The position numbers and the translations under genes were made by a program. From the NCBI GenBank assembly GCA_043822925.1, contig JBDRBF010000008.1, positions 14,302-78,301 on the forward strand: DNA of 64,000 nucleotides, in the 5' to 3' direction. Below are positions 17,751-28,186 of the stretch, piece after piece. Origin of the DNA: a bacterium. Lineage in GTDB: Bacteria > Babelota > Babeliae > Babelales > RVW-14. How positions within the stretch are numbered: the stretch's first letter is position 1; each line of letters starts with the position of its first letter. The notes below the pieces were generated by a model. The model did not search any database. It had not been told where the DNA came from and worked only from the letters and a program-made list of their open reading frames with translations.

Positions 17751-19082
17751 TTATCGCCCCCAGCGCGTTTTTAAACGACCAGTTGCAAGAAAACCCTCAT
17801 ACTTTCTCTCAATTAAATGTGATTCAATTTGAGCAGAAGTATCAAGAGCTACACCAATTACAATCAATAATCCAACACCACTAAATATTACCGGAAAACC
17901 AATAAACGTTTTAAGTGCGTTAGGGACTATTGCTAGTAACGCCAAGTACACAGCACCCGGAAAACCTACTCGAGTAAGAAGATAATCAAAGAATTCTGCA
18001 GTCTTTTTACCTGGTCTAATACCAGGAATAAAACCACCCGATTTTCTTATATTATCCGCAAGCTCAACCGGATTAAATATAATCGCAGTATAAAAAAATG
18101 CGAAAAATATTATTAATCCAACATTAAAGATACTATATAAAAGCCCATTATAACTAAACCAGTTGGTCATAAATACATTAACACCAGGCCATCGAGCAGC
18201 CAATACCCCCGCAAGCATTAAGGGCAACCCCAAAACAGCTTGAGAAAATATAACTGGTATAACACCTGACGGATTAAGTTTCAATGGAATATAAGAACTC
18301 TGTCCGCCATACATTCTATTACCAATAACTCTCTTTGCATACTGTATTGGAATTTTTCGTTCGCCTCTTTCTAAAAAAACAACGCAAGCAATAATCGCTA
18401 TCGTTACAATTAGCAACAAAATAATAATCAAAAGATTCGTTTGTCCCATGCTAAAATTTTTAAAAATTTTAACAAGAGATTCTGGAAGCCTCGTTACTAT
18501 TCCAGCAAATATAATCATCGAACTACCATTCCCCAGTCCATGAGCATTTATTTGTTCACCAATCCACATTACAAATAAAGACCCAACAGTCAAAAACAAA
18601 ATAGCCGACAATCTAAATCCCAATCCAGGAGAAACTACAAGTCCTGGATTTCTCTCAATATACACAGCTAAACCAATACTCTGAACAACACCTATTACCA
18701 AGGTTAAATATCGTGTATATTGTCCAATTATCCGACGACCATACTCCCCCTCTTTTGATAATTGCTCAAAAGTAGGAACCATGACAGTCAAAAGCTGCAT
18801 CATAATAGAAGCACTGATATATGGAGACATGCCCAATGAAAAAATTGAAAAATGCTGCAACGCTCCACCAGAAAACAAATCTAAATAAGAAAGTAGTCCC
18901 GTTCCCGCATTAGCAAAGAAATTTTTCAGAGCTATAACATCTACCCCCGGTATCGGCACATGAGCGCCGAACCGATACACCGCAAAAATTCCTAATGTAA
19001 ACAACAGTTTTTTTCTTAAATCTTCAACTAAAAAAATGTTTTTAAAGTTACGAAGCAACACTACCACTAGTCTTCTCCTCAC
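17751..19082 (-). CDS. secY: preprotein translocase subunit SecY
   Basis: 443 aa polytopic membrane protein; LRKKLLFTLGIFAVYRFGAHVPIPGVD start region. The exact start is uncertain because the ORF-track start overlaps rplO by 35 nt. Confidence 0.9.
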   Translation of the reverse strand: MRRRLVVVLLRNFKNIFLVEDLRKKLLFTLGIFAVYRFGAHVPIPGVDVIALKNFFANAGTGLLSYLDLFSGGALQHFSIFSLGMSPYISASIMMQLLTVMVPTFEQLSKEGEYGRRIIGQYTRYLTLVIGVVQSIGLAVYIERNPGLVVSPGLGFRLSAILFLTVGSLFVMWIGEQINAHGLGNGSSMIIFAGIVTRLPESLVKIFKNFSMGQTNLLIIILLLIVTIAIIACVVFLERGERKIPIQYAKRVIGNRMYGGQSSYIPLKLNPSGVIPVIFSQAVLGLPLMLAGVLAARWPGVNVFMTNWFSYNGLLYSIFNVGLIIFFAFFYTAIIFNPVELADNIRKSGGFIPGIRPGKKTAEFFDYLLTRVGFPGAVYLALLAIVPNALKTFIGFPVIFSGVGLLIVIGVALDTSAQIESHLIERKYEGFLATGRLKTRWGR

Positions 19083-19527
19083 TTACCTCAATTAAGAGGA
19101 CCTTACCCTTTGCCTTTTCTATTGCTTGAATTGCTGATTTACTGTAGGCGTCGACCATTACTGTTAATTTTTTTGTTAAAGTCCCTTTGCCTAATATTTT
19201 AATTGGAGAAATTTTCTTGCCCCGTATAAGAGCTTTTTCCATTAAACTATTTCTATCAACAGTATCCCCATCTGAAAACCTTAATTCCAAATCTTGTAGA
19301 TTTACAATTTGATAAGTTTCTCTAGAAAAATTAGTAAATCCTCGTTTTGGAATACGTCGAGCCAAAGGCATCTGTCCACCCTCGAAGAAAGATCTGAATT
19401 GAGTCGTTCCTCCAGAGCGAGCCCGCTGTCCCTTATGCCCACGACCTGACTGACCACCCCGTTCACCACCTCTTCCAATACGTTTTCTTTTTTGCGATAT
19501 GGATTCTAATTTATCAAGCTTTAACAT
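19048..19527 (-). CDS. rplO: 50S ribosomal protein L15
   Basis: Start placed at the internal ATG (MLKLDKLESISQKRKRIGRGGERGGQSGRGHKG), typical of uL15. It follows rpsE directly, with no rpmD in between. Confidence 0.9.
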   Translation of the reverse strand: MLKLDKLESISQKRKRIGRGGERGGQSGRGHKGQRARSGGTTQFRSFFEGGQMPLARRIPKRGFTNFSRETYQIVNLQDLELRFSDGDTVDRNSLMEKALIRGKKISPIKILGKGTLTKKLTVMVDAYSKSAIQAIEKAKGKVLLIEVSEEKTSGSVAS

Positions 19528-20065
19528 TATTGTTTTCTCCAAATAAGTCTTTCAGAGTTTTGCCTCTCAGACCCGCAATGTGCTGTGCTGATTTTAATTT
19601 TTTCAACGCATGAATTGTTGCTTTTACAACGTTCTGTGGATTAGAAGATCCAATTGCTTTCGCAAGGACATCCTTTACCCCAATAGCTTCCATAACTGCT
19701 CGTACAGCCCCTCCAGCAATTATACCAGTACCTTTAGAGGCTGAGCGTATAAGCACTATACTCGAACCATGCTTACCCTGAACAGTGTATGGAACCGTTG
19801 TTTTATATAAAGGAACCGTAAACATGTTCTTTCGAGCACGTCTTAATCCTTTAGAAATAGAAGAAGCAACCTCTCGACTTTTACCTAAGGCAACGCCAAG
19901 TTTACCGTTTTTATCCCCAACAACTACCAATGCCGAAAATGCAAATCTTCTTCCGCCTTTTATAACCTTGGCTACACGACGAACATTCAAAACAGATTCA
20001 ACATACTCATCGTTCTGTTGATTACTTTTTGTCGACGTGTTTTTTTTCTTTTTTTCCTCAACCAT
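19514..20065 (-). CDS. rpsE: 30S ribosomal protein S5
   Basis: 183 aa; VRRVAKVIKGGRRFAFSALVVVGDKNGKLG uS5 pattern. Confidence 0.95.
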   Translation of the reverse strand: MVEEKKKKNTSTKSNQQNDEYVESVLNVRRVAKVIKGGRRFAFSALVVVGDKNGKLGVALGKSREVASSISKGLRRARKNMFTVPLYKTTVPYTVQGKHGSSIVLIRSASKGTGIIAGGAVRAVMEAIGVKDVLAKAIGSSNPQNVVKATIHALKKLKSAQHIAGLRGKTLKDLFGENNNVKA

Positions 20066-20112
20066 CGTACTCTTTCCCGCTATCTAAAAATTATTTAGCT
20101 TAAAGTCAATTT

Positions 20113-20469
20113 TTAAAAAACCAAACCACTCTCACGTAATCCTTCAGCCAGCGCCTGAACGCGCCCATGATACAAAAATCGTCCACGATCAAAAAAGATT
20201 TTCGTAATACCAGCAGCTACAGCTTTTTTTCCTAAATCTATACCTACTTGCTTTGCAGCTTCCTTTTTGTCCCCAGAAATTTCCGCCAAAGTCAACGTGG
20301 AAGAACTCAGTAATGTTTTGCCCTGACTATCATCAACTATCTGTACATACATATTTTTCAAACTTCGAAAAACTGTAACACGTGGCATCAACCCACGACT
20401 CACAAATTTTTTTCTTGTTCTAAATGCACGTTTTTCAGCTCTAAAAACTTCTCTTTTTTGCAAATTCAT
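20113..20469 (-). CDS. rplR: 50S ribosomal protein L18
   Basis: 118 aa; ...FDRGRFLYHGRVQALAEGLRESGLVF uL18 C-terminus. Confidence 0.95.
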   Translation of the reverse strand: MNLQKREVFRAEKRAFRTRKKFVSRGLMPRVTVFRSLKNMYVQIVDDSQGKTLLSSSTLTLAEISGDKKEAAKQVGIDLGKKAVAAGITKIFFDRGRFLYHGRVQALAEGLRESGLVF

Positions 20470-20499
20470 AAAACCCGTCCTATAGTCCTATATATATAA

Positions 20500-21039
20500 T
20501 TAGGCAGCTTTTGTTTTACCAGATTTACGAATAATAATATCACCATCTCTGATAATACCAGTTCCTTTGTATGGTTCTGGTGGTCTAAAAGACCTTACAG
20601 CATCACACACATTACCGACAACAAGCTTATCTGCGCCTTTTACCGTCAGTTTTTGACCGGTCTTATCAATTTCAACAGATATTCCAACAGGGAGATCAAG
20701 TTCTCTTTTATTTGTATACCCTAATGAAAAAACCATTTTATTGCCAACGAGAACAACTTTATATCCCAATCCAACAATATTTATATTCGTAGCAAATCCC
20801 GTTTCAACACCTTTTATTTTATTGGCCAACAAAGCTCTGTGAAGTCCCCACAAAACACGATTTTCTCTCGTATTTTCTTGTATAAGAACCTTCAAAACCT
20901 TATCATCCAAAGAAACAGTAACTCCGTTAGGCAACTCATGTTCAAATTTGCCGTTTTTGCCTTCGATAGTTATTTTATTTTTTTTAACTTCGACCTTAGC
21001 GGATGACAATAGAATCGGCATTCTTCCTATTTTTGACAT
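20500..21039 (-). CDS. rplF: 50S ribosomal protein L6
   Basis: Start placed at the internal ATG giving MSKIGRMPI..., typical of uL6; two-domain repeat pattern. Confidence 0.9.
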   Translation of the reverse strand: MSKIGRMPILLSSAKVEVKKNKITIEGKNGKFEHELPNGVTVSLDDKVLKVLIQENTRENRVLWGLHRALLANKIKGVETGFATNINIVGLGYKVVLVGNKMVFSLGYTNKRELDLPVGISVEIDKTGQKLTVKGADKLVVGNVCDAVRSFRPPEPYKGTGIIRDGDIIIRKSGKTKAA

Positions 21040-21050
21040 ATAATCAATTC

Positions 21051-21443
21051 CTACCAAATATGACAAATCACTTCGCCGCCAACGCCTGATTTCTTCGCTT
21101 GACGATCAGTCATCAAACCCAAACTCGTCGATAATATTGAAATACCTAATCCCCCAATAACAGGAGTGAGGTTATTAAGTCTTTCATAATAACGACAGCT
21201 TGGTTTACTTACACGTTTAATTTCATGAATAGGAGACTCGCCCTGAACATATTTAAAAAATATTGTCAGTTCGCTTTTTGGCCCGGTTGTTTCTATTTTA
21301 AAGTCTCGAATATAACCCTCTTCTTTTAAAAGAGTTGCTATATTAACTTTTATATTTGAAGAAGGAACAGTCACTGACCGTTTACCAACCATCAACCCAT
21401 TACGCATACTTGTTAAAAAATTACCAATTGAATCAATAGACAT
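21051..21443 (-). CDS. rpsH: 30S ribosomal protein S8
   Basis: 130 aa; MSIDSIGNFLTSMRNG...GGEVICHIW uS8 pattern. Confidence 0.95.
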   Translation of the reverse strand: MSIDSIGNFLTSMRNGLMVGKRSVTVPSSNIKVNIATLLKEEGYIRDFKIETTGPKSELTIFFKYVQGESPIHEIKRVSKPSCRYYERLNNLTPVIGGLGISILSTSLGLMTDRQAKKSGVGGEVICHIW

Positions 21444-21459
21444 CTCTATTTCCCTACCT

Positions 21460-21645
21460 TTACCAACTTGCCTTTTTTACCCCAGGAAGAAGTCCTTCCA
21501 AGGCATTCTTTCTAAAACAAAGCCTACACATCATAAACAGCCGGATGTAACCACGTGGTCGTCCGCATAATTGACATCGATTTCTTATGCGCGTAGAAAA
21601 CTTAGGAGTTTTGTTTGCTTTTACAATCAATGCTTTTCTTGCCAT
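21460..21645 (-). CDS. rpsN: 30S ribosomal protein S14, short zinc-binding (type Z) form
   Basis: 61 aa; [22 protein letters not shown] has two CxxC pairs. Confidence 0.95.
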   Translation of the reverse strand: MARKALIVKANKTPKFSTRIRNRCQLCGRPRGYIRLFMMCRLCFRKNALEGLLPGVKKASW

Positions 21646-21666
21646 AACTAAAATCCTTTAAAACCT

Positions 21667-22212
21667 TCAACTTTTGCTTCGAAAAGGCATATTAAATTTT
21701 TTTAAGAGCGCCAACGCTTCTTCATCTGTTCTTGCTGTTGTTTGAACACTAATATTCAAACCCCTACTTCTATCAACTTTATCATAATCAACTTCTGGAA
21801 AAATCATCCAGTCTTTGATACCCAAGTTATAATTACCATGGCCATCAAATTTTAATGAAACACCTTGAAAATCCCGCACTGATGGCAATGCAATATTAAC
21901 AAGCTTATCGAGGAAGTGATACATTTTTGTTTTTCTTAGAGTCACCATTACTCCGATTGGCATACCCTCTCGAAGTTTAAATCCTGCGATAGATTTTTTT
22001 GATAACGTCGATACAGCATGCTGACCTGAAATTTTTGTAATCATTTCCTGTATTTCTGCTATCACCTTGCTATCCGCAACAGCATCTTTTGCTCCAACAT
22101 TCAAAACTATTTTTGAAATACCTGGAACACGCATAATATTTTTCAAATCAAGCTCTTTACGGAGCTCTTCCCGAAGCCGTGTTTTATAGAGTACTTCCAA
22201 TCGTGACTTCAT
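21667..22212 (-). CDS. rplE: 50S ribosomal protein L5
   Basis: 181 aa; uL5 pattern (NIMRVPGISKIVLNVG...FPEVDYDKV). Confidence 0.95.
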   Translation of the reverse strand: MKSRLEVLYKTRLREELRKELDLKNIMRVPGISKIVLNVGAKDAVADSKVIAEIQEMITKISGQHAVSTLSKKSIAGFKLREGMPIGVMVTLRKTKMYHFLDKLVNIALPSVRDFQGVSLKFDGHGNYNLGIKDWMIFPEVDYDKVDRSRGLNISVQTTARTDEEALALLKKFNMPFRSKS

Positions 22213-22239
22213 ATAAACCTTTACCTATTCCAACTTTGG

Positions 22240-22554
22240 TTAAAATGTTTCTTTGCAACGGCTACAACTTCTACTCTTTGTACTATCATCTAAAAAGCGA
22301 ACTTGAATACGACAAGGCATCGAGCACGATGGACAAATTGGCATCACTTTGCAAAGAGGAATATGATTTTCTTCTTTTACTATTTGACTCTTGTCCCCTG
22401 ATTTTTTTGCCTTTACATGCCGCGTTACTATACACGCGTCTTTCACAAGTACTGTTTCGTTTTTATGATCCACGGAGAGGACTTGCCCTCTTTTGCCTTT
22501 ATCTTTTCCAGATAAAACAACAACCGTATCATTTTTCTTTACTCGACTTAACAT
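22240..22554 (-). CDS. rplX: 50S ribosomal protein L24 with a 4-Cys C-terminal segment
   Basis: 104 aa; KOW motif VKKNDTVVVLSGKDKGKRGQV; C-terminal CPSC...CSRC. Confidence 0.95.
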   Translation of the reverse strand: MLSRVKKNDTVVVLSGKDKGKRGQVLSVDHKNETVLVKDACIVTRHVKAKKSGDKSQIVKEENHIPLCKVMPICPSCSMPCRIQVRFLDDSTKSRSCSRCKETF

Positions 22555-22575
22555 ATCAAAAAGCCTCTTTAATAC

Positions 22576-22944
22576 TTACAAAACTTCAGGAGCCAAAGAA
22601 ATAATTTTATGATATCCAGCGGCCCTTAATTCACGAGCAACGGGACCAAATATACGAGATCCAACGGGTTGCTTCTCTTTATCTATAATTACAGCCGCAT
22701 TATCATCAAAACGAATATAGCTTCCATCCGCACGACGAACTTCTTTTCTTGTACGAACAATAACCGCATCAAGAACTTCACTCTTTTTTACCATTCCCCC
22801 AGGAATAGCCTTCTTTACCGTAACTTTTACCACATCCCCTAAATAAGCAGTTTTTTTACCTGTTGATCCAGTAATATGAATCACTTTTAATTTTTTAGCC
22901 CCAGTATTATCAGCAACTTCCAGCATCGTTTCATTTTGAACCAT
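22576..22944 (-). CDS. rplN: 50S ribosomal protein L14
   Basis: 122 aa; [18 protein letters not shown]... uL14 pattern. Confidence 0.95.
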   Translation of the reverse strand: MVQNETMLEVADNTGAKKLKVIHITGSTGKKTAYLGDVVKVTVKKAIPGGMVKKSEVLDAVIVRTRKEVRRADGSYIRFDDNAAVIIDKEKQPVGSRIFGPVARELRAAGYHKIISLAPEVL

Positions 22945-22959
22945 CGCTTAATTCCTTTA

Positions 22960-23244
22960 TCAAGATCTTTTTGTCAATATTCGATTCAATATCATATGCT
23001 TAGTTTTGGAAAGAGGTCGACATTCAGCAATTTCAACTTCATCACCAATTTTACAAGCATTTTTTTCATCATGCGCTTTATATTTCTTGAACATTCTCAC
23101 TGTTTTTCCATACAACGGATGCTTAAACGTTCTCATCACCTTGACGACAACCGTCTTATCCATTCTGTCAGAAACAACTTCCCCAACAAGTACCTGTTTA
23201 ACAGCTACAGACTGCTGCAACAAACCTTCAGTTTTATTCACCAT
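22960..23244 (-). CDS. rpsQ: 30S ribosomal protein S17
   Basis: Start placed at the internal ATG (MVNKTEG...[19 protein letters not shown]), uS17 pattern. Confidence 0.9.
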   Translation of the reverse strand: MVNKTEGLLQQSVAVKQVLVGEVVSDRMDKTVVVKVMRTFKHPLYGKTVRMFKKYKAHDEKNACKIGDEVEIAECRPLSKTKHMILNRILTKRS

Positions 23245-23284
23245 TTTATCTTTACCCCTAATCATGCAATAGCACAATCATATC

Positions 23285-23500
23285 TTACTTTTTACTCTCA
23301 GTCTTCTGTTCATTTTGATTTGAAAAAGTCAACGCTTGTGCAATTTTACGACGTATCTTTTTAAACTGAGAAAAATCTTTTATTTGCCCAGATGATACCC
23401 CTAATCTCAAATTAAACAACTCTTTTTTTAAAGAGACTGCTTCTTTAAGTAAGGAGCCACTATCTATTTTTTTCATTTCATTCTTATCCACAACGATCAT
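23285..23500 (-). CDS. rpmC: 50S ribosomal protein L29
   Basis: 71 aa (or 63 aa from the internal ATG); LKKELFNLRL uL29 motif. Confidence 0.9.
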   Translation of the reverse strand: MIVVDKNEMKKIDSGSLLKEAVSLKKELFNLRLGVSSGQIKDFSQFKKIRRKIAQALTFSNQNEQKTESKK

Positions 23501-23504
23501 CCCA

Positions 23505-23945
23505 CTAAATTAAAACGCCCGAAGCATTAGGCAAATCATTTTTCGTAACAAAACGAGTTTTTATAGGCAATTTATAGGTAGCAGACTTCAAAATCGCTTT
23601 TGCTTCTTCAACAGTCATCGGTCCACCAATTTCAAAAAGAATCCGACCTCTTTTTACAGCATGAACCCAAAACTCTGGATTACCTTTTCCTTTACCCATT
23701 CGAGTTTCAGCAGGCTTCTTTGTTACTGGTCTATCAGGAAATACTCTCAAAAAAAATTCACCATCTTTTTTAAGTTTTCTGCTTACCGTAACTCGAACAG
23801 CCTCTATTTGACGAGCTGTAATCCATGCCGGCTCAAGCGCTACAAGACCAAATTCACCAAAAAAAAGACTCTTGGCTCCCTTAGTCAAACCTTTTAGGCG
23901 GCCCCTCTGAACTTTTCTATATTTTGTTTTTTTCGGCATCAACAT
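23505..23945 (-). CDS. rplP: 50S ribosomal protein L16
   Basis: 146 aa; [16 protein letters not shown] uL16 N-terminus. Confidence 0.95.
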   Translation of the reverse strand: MLMPKKTKYRKVQRGRLKGLTKGAKSLFFGEFGLVALEPAWITARQIEAVRVTVSRKLKKDGEFFLRVFPDRPVTKKPAETRMGKGKGNPEFWVHAVKRGRILFEIGGPMTVEEAKAILKSATYKLPIKTRFVTKNDLPNASGVLI

Positions 23946-23965
23946 TGTTCTGACCTTCTATGCTG

Positions 23966-24592
23966 TTAGTACTCACCTTTACAAATCCACACTTTAACAC
24001 CAATGGTACCATACGTTGTAACCGCTTCAGCCAAGGCAAAATCAATATGAGCCCTTAAAGTATGCAAAGGTATAGATCCGAGGCGCAACCATTCAGTTCG
24101 TGCTATTTCAGCACCCGCCAATCGACCAGCACAACATATTTTAATTCCCTTAGCGCCACTTTTCATCGTAGAATATCCAGCACGCTTCATAAGCCGCTTA
24201 TAACTGCCTCTGCGTTCTAGTTGTTCTGCTATGCTTTGAGCAACCAATCGAGCACTCAACTCAGGAACGCGTACTTCTTTCACTGAAATATCAACGTTCT
24301 TTTTTATCATTTTGCTGAGTTCAACTTTTACATGCTCAATTCCCTGCCCTTTTTTTCCAATAATCACACCAGGGCGTGATGAAAAAATAGCAATACGAAC
24401 ATCATCCACAGCTTTTTCTATTACGATGTCTGCAATATCTATTCGATTCAATCGTTTAAGCAAAAACTGCCTTATTTTGATATCCTCTAATACTCCATGA
24501 CCATAAGCGGAAGCGCCCTTTGCAAACCATCGAGACTTCCAATTCTCATAGACACCTAGTCTAAACCCAAAAGGATGAACTTTCTGTCCCAC
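23966..24592 (-). CDS. rpsC: 30S ribosomal protein S3
   Basis: 208 aa; MGQKVHPFGFRLGV, KH domain, GRLAGAEIARTEW. Confidence 0.95.
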   Translation of the reverse strand: MGQKVHPFGFRLGVYENWKSRWFAKGASAYGHGVLEDIKIRQFLLKRLNRIDIADIVIEKAVDDVRIAIFSSRPGVIIGKKGQGIEHVKVELSKMIKKNVDISVKEVRVPELSARLVAQSIAEQLERRGSYKRLMKRAGYSTMKSGAKGIKICCAGRLAGAEIARTEWLRLGSIPLHTLRAHIDFALAEAVTTYGTIGVKVWICKGEY

Positions 24593-24607
24593 AAAACACC
24601 TCTAAAC

Positions 24608-24949
24608 TTAACTTTTTTTATCTAATATTATTTCCAAGTGACACATTTTCTTACGCTGCGCTGCAGCACGACCCATTGCTGCTGGCTTAAAATATGTTAC
24701 TGTTGGCCCTTGATCTACTCTTATTTCTTTAATCACAAGATCACTCATGGCTGAAATATCAGCATGCTTATTTTTCGCATTCGAATATGCAGAAAAAAGT
24801 GTCTTAATAATAGGTTCCACTCTTTTCACTGAACAAGTTTTCAACCAATTGTATGCCCTATCTACAGAGCTCCCACGTATCACGTCAACTAGAGGACGCA
24901 ACTTATATGGCGAAATGCGAATGTACTTGCTTTTCGCTTTCGAAATCAT
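24608..24949 (-). CDS. rplV: 50S ribosomal protein L22
   Basis: 113 aa; YIRISPYKLRPLVDVIRG uL22 pattern. Confidence 0.95.
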   Translation of the reverse strand: MISKAKSKYIRISPYKLRPLVDVIRGSSVDRAYNWLKTCSVKRVEPIIKTLFSAYSNAKNKHADISAMSDLVIKEIRVDQGPTVTYFKPAAMGRAAAQRKKMCHLEIILDKKS

Positions 24950-25021
24950 TTTTTTCCCAACCTTGATATTTTAACAAAAAAACAAAAACTCGTATATATC
25001 ATTTACAACAATAGAACTATT

Positions 25022-25324
25022 TTACTTACTTTTTGGTGCCGATTCGACATCTTTTTGAGCTTTTCTTTGCCCACTATGCGCCCTAAATGTACGAGTAGCT
25101 GCAAATTCTCCAAGAGCGTGCCCAACCATGTTTTCAGTAACAAAAACAGGAATAAACTTTCGCCCATCATGCACAGCAATAGTAAGTCCAACAAATTCAG
25201 GAATAACCACGCTTGCACGCTTCCATGTTTTAATGACTTCTCGTTTTCCTGAAGTTTTTACTCTTTCAACTTTTTCTAATAATGACGGAGCAACAAAAGG
25301 ACCTTTTCGTATCGATCGTGACAT
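25022..25324 (-). CDS. rpsS: 30S ribosomal protein S19
   Basis: 100 aa; [11 protein letters not shown]...[13 protein letters not shown] uS19 pattern. Confidence 0.95.
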   Translation of the reverse strand: MSRSIRKGPFVAPSLLEKVERVKTSGKREVIKTWKRASVVIPEFVGLTIAVHDGRKFIPVFVTENMVGHALGEFAATRTFRAHSGQRKAQKDVESAPKSK

Positions 25325-25381
25325 TACCGTATTTCCTTTACTTTTGCATCAAACATTTCCATCACGCATTATGTCGACTGC

Positions 25382-26200
25382 TTATGGGCGTCTTCTTTTT
25401 AAAATCGCGGTGCTCTTATTCTTTCTTGTTCTTACACCCTTACAGCTCTTTCCCCATGGAGTCATAGGATGAGAGCCAGATTTTGATCGACCTTCACCTC
25501 CTCCATGTGGATGATCCACCGGATTCATAGCCATACCACGGACTGTTGGTCGCTTTCCAAGCCATCGCGATCTTCCAGCTTTTCCTATCACCATATTTCT
25601 AAAATCGGCATTAGACAATGTCCCAACAGTTGCCCAATTATCAGCCGAAACCGTTCTTAACTCACCTGAAGGCATTTTTAAAATTGCATTATCTTCTTCT
25701 CGTCCAACAAGTTGAACAGCACAACCAGCACTACGTGCAAATTTGCCTCCTCTACCAGGATAAAGTTCAACGTTGTGAACAAAAAAACCTACCGGTACAT
25801 GCTTGAGCGGCAGACAGTTTCCAACCTGAGCCTCAGCTTTCGCACTCGCAACTACAGCTTCGCCAACCTTAAGTCCATCAGGCTTAAGAATATATCCCTT
25901 TGCGCCATTCGCATAAGAAACCAAAGCAATTAATAAATTTCTATTTGGATCATACTCAAAAGCTTTGACAACCCCAGGGATCTCTTTATGCATACGCTTA
26001 AAATCTATTATTCTGTATAATTTTTTCGCGCCGCCCCCACGATGTCGACAAGTAATACGTCCATATGAATTACGACCACCTGTTTTAGACAAAGAACTTA
26101 CAAGCCCTCTCTCAGGTCTTTTTTTAGTCAAATCATCATGAACTATATACTGCTGTGTTCGCAATGAAGAATTTGTTGGCTTTCTTGTTATCACGGCCAT
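25382..26200 (-). CDS. rplB: 50S ribosomal protein L2
   Basis: Start placed at the ATG preceded by AAAGGA (MAVITRKPTNSS...); GMAMNPVDHPHGGGEG uL2 signature. Confidence 0.95.
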   Translation of the reverse strand: MAVITRKPTNSSLRTQQYIVHDDLTKKRPERGLVSSLSKTGGRNSYGRITCRHRGGGAKKLYRIIDFKRMHKEIPGVVKAFEYDPNRNLLIALVSYANGAKGYILKPDGLKVGEAVVASAKAEAQVGNCLPLKHVPVGFFVHNVELYPGRGGKFARSAGCAVQLVGREEDNAILKMPSGELRTVSADNWATVGTLSNADFRNMVIGKAGRSRWLGKRPTVRGMAMNPVDHPHGGGEGRSKSGSHPMTPWGKSCKGVRTRKNKSTAILKRRRP

Positions 26201-26238
26201 TCTCTGCATCCTTTATTTACTTTTTAACCTAAGATCCC

Positions 26239-26589
26239 TTATTCGTTGCCTGCAACCGAATTCTGATCCGAAGAACCACCAACTAAATTTAAAGCTTCTA
26301 CCATTCCAGGGATTTCAATTTTATATCCCTTTTTTAAAGTGATAATTGCTTTTTTCTTATCCGATCCCTTCGATTGTCTTCTCATAACAATACGGTTTTT
26401 ACCTATTTTGTTAAGAACACGGACCTCGGCAACCTTAACATTCCAAATTTTTTCAACAGCATCTCGAATAACCAACTTATTAGCCGATTTGTGTACTTCA
26501 AAAGTAACTTTCCCAAACTTTTGATATTGTTCTACACTTTTGCTCGAAATAACCGCTTTTTTTATGATATCGTAAATACTTAATTCCAT
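26239..26589 (-). CDS. rplW: 50S ribosomal protein L23
   Basis: Start placed at the internal ATG ([18 protein letters not shown]...), uL23 pattern; 10-nt overlap with rplD. Confidence 0.9.
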   Translation of the reverse strand: MELSIYDIIKKAVISSKSVEQYQKFGKVTFEVHKSANKLVIRDAVEKIWNVKVAEVRVLNKIGKNRIVMRRQSKGSDKKKAIITLKKGYKIEIPGMVEALNLVGGSSDQNSVAGNE

Positions 26590-27218
26590 TGTAAAATCAT
26601 ATCTTTTAAGAAATCCATATCTTTTTTCAGAAACACCCAACAATCAGAATTACTTAAAGCAAAAGCATTTGGTTGATCAAAATGAACAATCGAAACATAT
26701 GGAATATTTCTAAAAGAAGCAAAGTTCACATCATCATGATGAGACAAAAATAATGTTACCTTCTTTTCAGAAAAACCCATGTTTTTTAATGCTACATTTG
26801 CTTTTGTTGTATTTGGTTTTATATCACTATTAAAATCCAATCCACACAACAAATTATTATCTAAAAAAGAAAACAAAATATTATTAAAAACTAATTTGTT
26901 TTGTTTTTTAAGTATCGAAAGAGTTCTAACACGAGGTTGGGGGCCAAAAACAACCCCTCCCTTTCTCCACAAAGGAGATCGAAGACTTCCCGCGCGAGCT
27001 CTACCAGTACCTTTTTGTTTCCACGGTTTTTTATTTGAAAAAGCAAGCTCACCGCGAGTTTTACAGCCGACCGTTCCTTGGCGCTGATTCTGATGAAACG
27101 CTTTTATAACACATGAATATGTTTTTGGACTGACATCTTTTCGTGTAAGATCAAATTCTAATGGAAAACTTTCACTTTTTTTACCACTAAAATCGTATAC
27201 TTGTATTGTTACAGCCAT
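26580..27218 (-). CDS. rplD: 50S ribosomal protein L4
   Basis: 212 aa; [30 protein letters not shown] uL4 signature. Confidence 0.95.
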   Translation of the reverse strand: MAVTIQVYDFSGKKSESFPLEFDLTRKDVSPKTYSCVIKAFHQNQRQGTVGCKTRGELAFSNKKPWKQKGTGRARAGSLRSPLWRKGGVVFGPQPRVRTLSILKKQNKLVFNNILFSFLDNNLLCGLDFNSDIKPNTTKANVALKNMGFSEKKVTLFLSHHDDVNFASFRNIPYVSIVHFDQPNAFALSNSDCWVFLKKDMDFLKDMILQWN

Positions 27219-27219
27219 C

Positions 27220-27852
27220 CTATATTCCTTGCTTTCTAACCACTAATACCGTGTCTTTTTTTCCAGGAACAGCACCTTTAACAAACAAACATTTATTTCC
27301 AGCATCAATACGCACGACCTGTAATCCGCGTATTGTAAAATGCCTAAACCCATGTCTTCCTGGTAAACGCTTACCTTTTATAACTTCACCTTGAGTTCTC
27401 ATATGACCAATTGCGCCAGGACGACGAAGGAACATAGAACCGTGCGATGCAAAACCACCACTAAAGTGCCAACGCTTCACAACACCCTGGAAACCCATGC
27501 CCTTACTTCTACCCGTAACCGCAATTACATCACCTTCTTTGAGCGAAGTAAAATCAAAAGAAACTACCTGTCCTGCTTTAAAATCGTGCTTTTCTGAAGA
27601 AGCAACCTCTTTTATGCATGAAAAATGCTCTTTTTTATCTTTCAACCACTCGGAAGAATATACTTTATCTCGATATTTCTTTCTCAAAAGACCAAGCTGT
27701 AAAGATGCATACCCATCATTTTCTTTTGTTTTAACTTGCAACACAAACCAGTTTGCAACATCAACAACAGAAACAGGGACAACTCGACCCGTTTGATCGA
27801 AGATTTGAGTCATTCCAATTTTTGTACCTAAAAGTCTATCTAACATAAACAC
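27220..27852 (-). CDS. rplC: 50S ribosomal protein L3
   Basis: 210 aa; [11 protein letters not shown]...[18 protein letters not shown] uL3 pattern. Confidence 0.95.
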   Translation of the reverse strand: MFMLDRLLGTKIGMTQIFDQTGRVVPVSVVDVANWFVLQVKTKENDGYASLQLGLLRKKYRDKVYSSEWLKDKKEHFSCIKEVASSEKHDFKAGQVVSFDFTSLKEGDVIAVTGRSKGMGFQGVVKRWHFSGGFASHGSMFLRRPGAIGHMRTQGEVIKGKRLPGRHGFRHFTIRGLQVVRIDAGNKCLFVKGAVPGKKDTVLVVRKQGI

Positions 27853-27873
27853 CTGCCTCAGTATCTCGTTGCA

Positions 27874-28179
27874 TTATTTAATTTCAACATCAACCCCTGC
27901 TGATATATTCAACTTCATTAACGCATCCATCGTTTGCTCAACTGGAGATAATATATCCAGAATACGCTTATGAGTTGTCATATCAAACTGCTCTCTTGAT
28001 TTCTTGTCTACGTGAGGAGATCTCAACACCGTAAAACATTTTCTTCGACTCGGCAACGGTACAGGCCCCAAAACTTGGGAGCCTGTACGTTTTACCGTTA
28101 AAACAATTTGTTTTACTGCATTATCAAGAAGTTGATGATCATACGATTTTAGTGTTAAACGAATTTTATGTTTTTTCAT
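27874..28179 (-). CDS. rpsJ: 30S ribosomal protein S10
   Basis: 101 aa; [15 protein letters not shown]...[25 protein letters not shown] uS10 pattern. Confidence 0.95.
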   Translation of the reverse strand: MKKHKIRLTLKSYDHQLLDNAVKQIVLTVKRTGSQVLGPVPLPSRRKCFTVLRSPHVDKKSREQFDMTTHKRILDILSPVEQTMDALMKLNISAGVDVEIK

Positions 28180-28186
28180 ATTCAGT

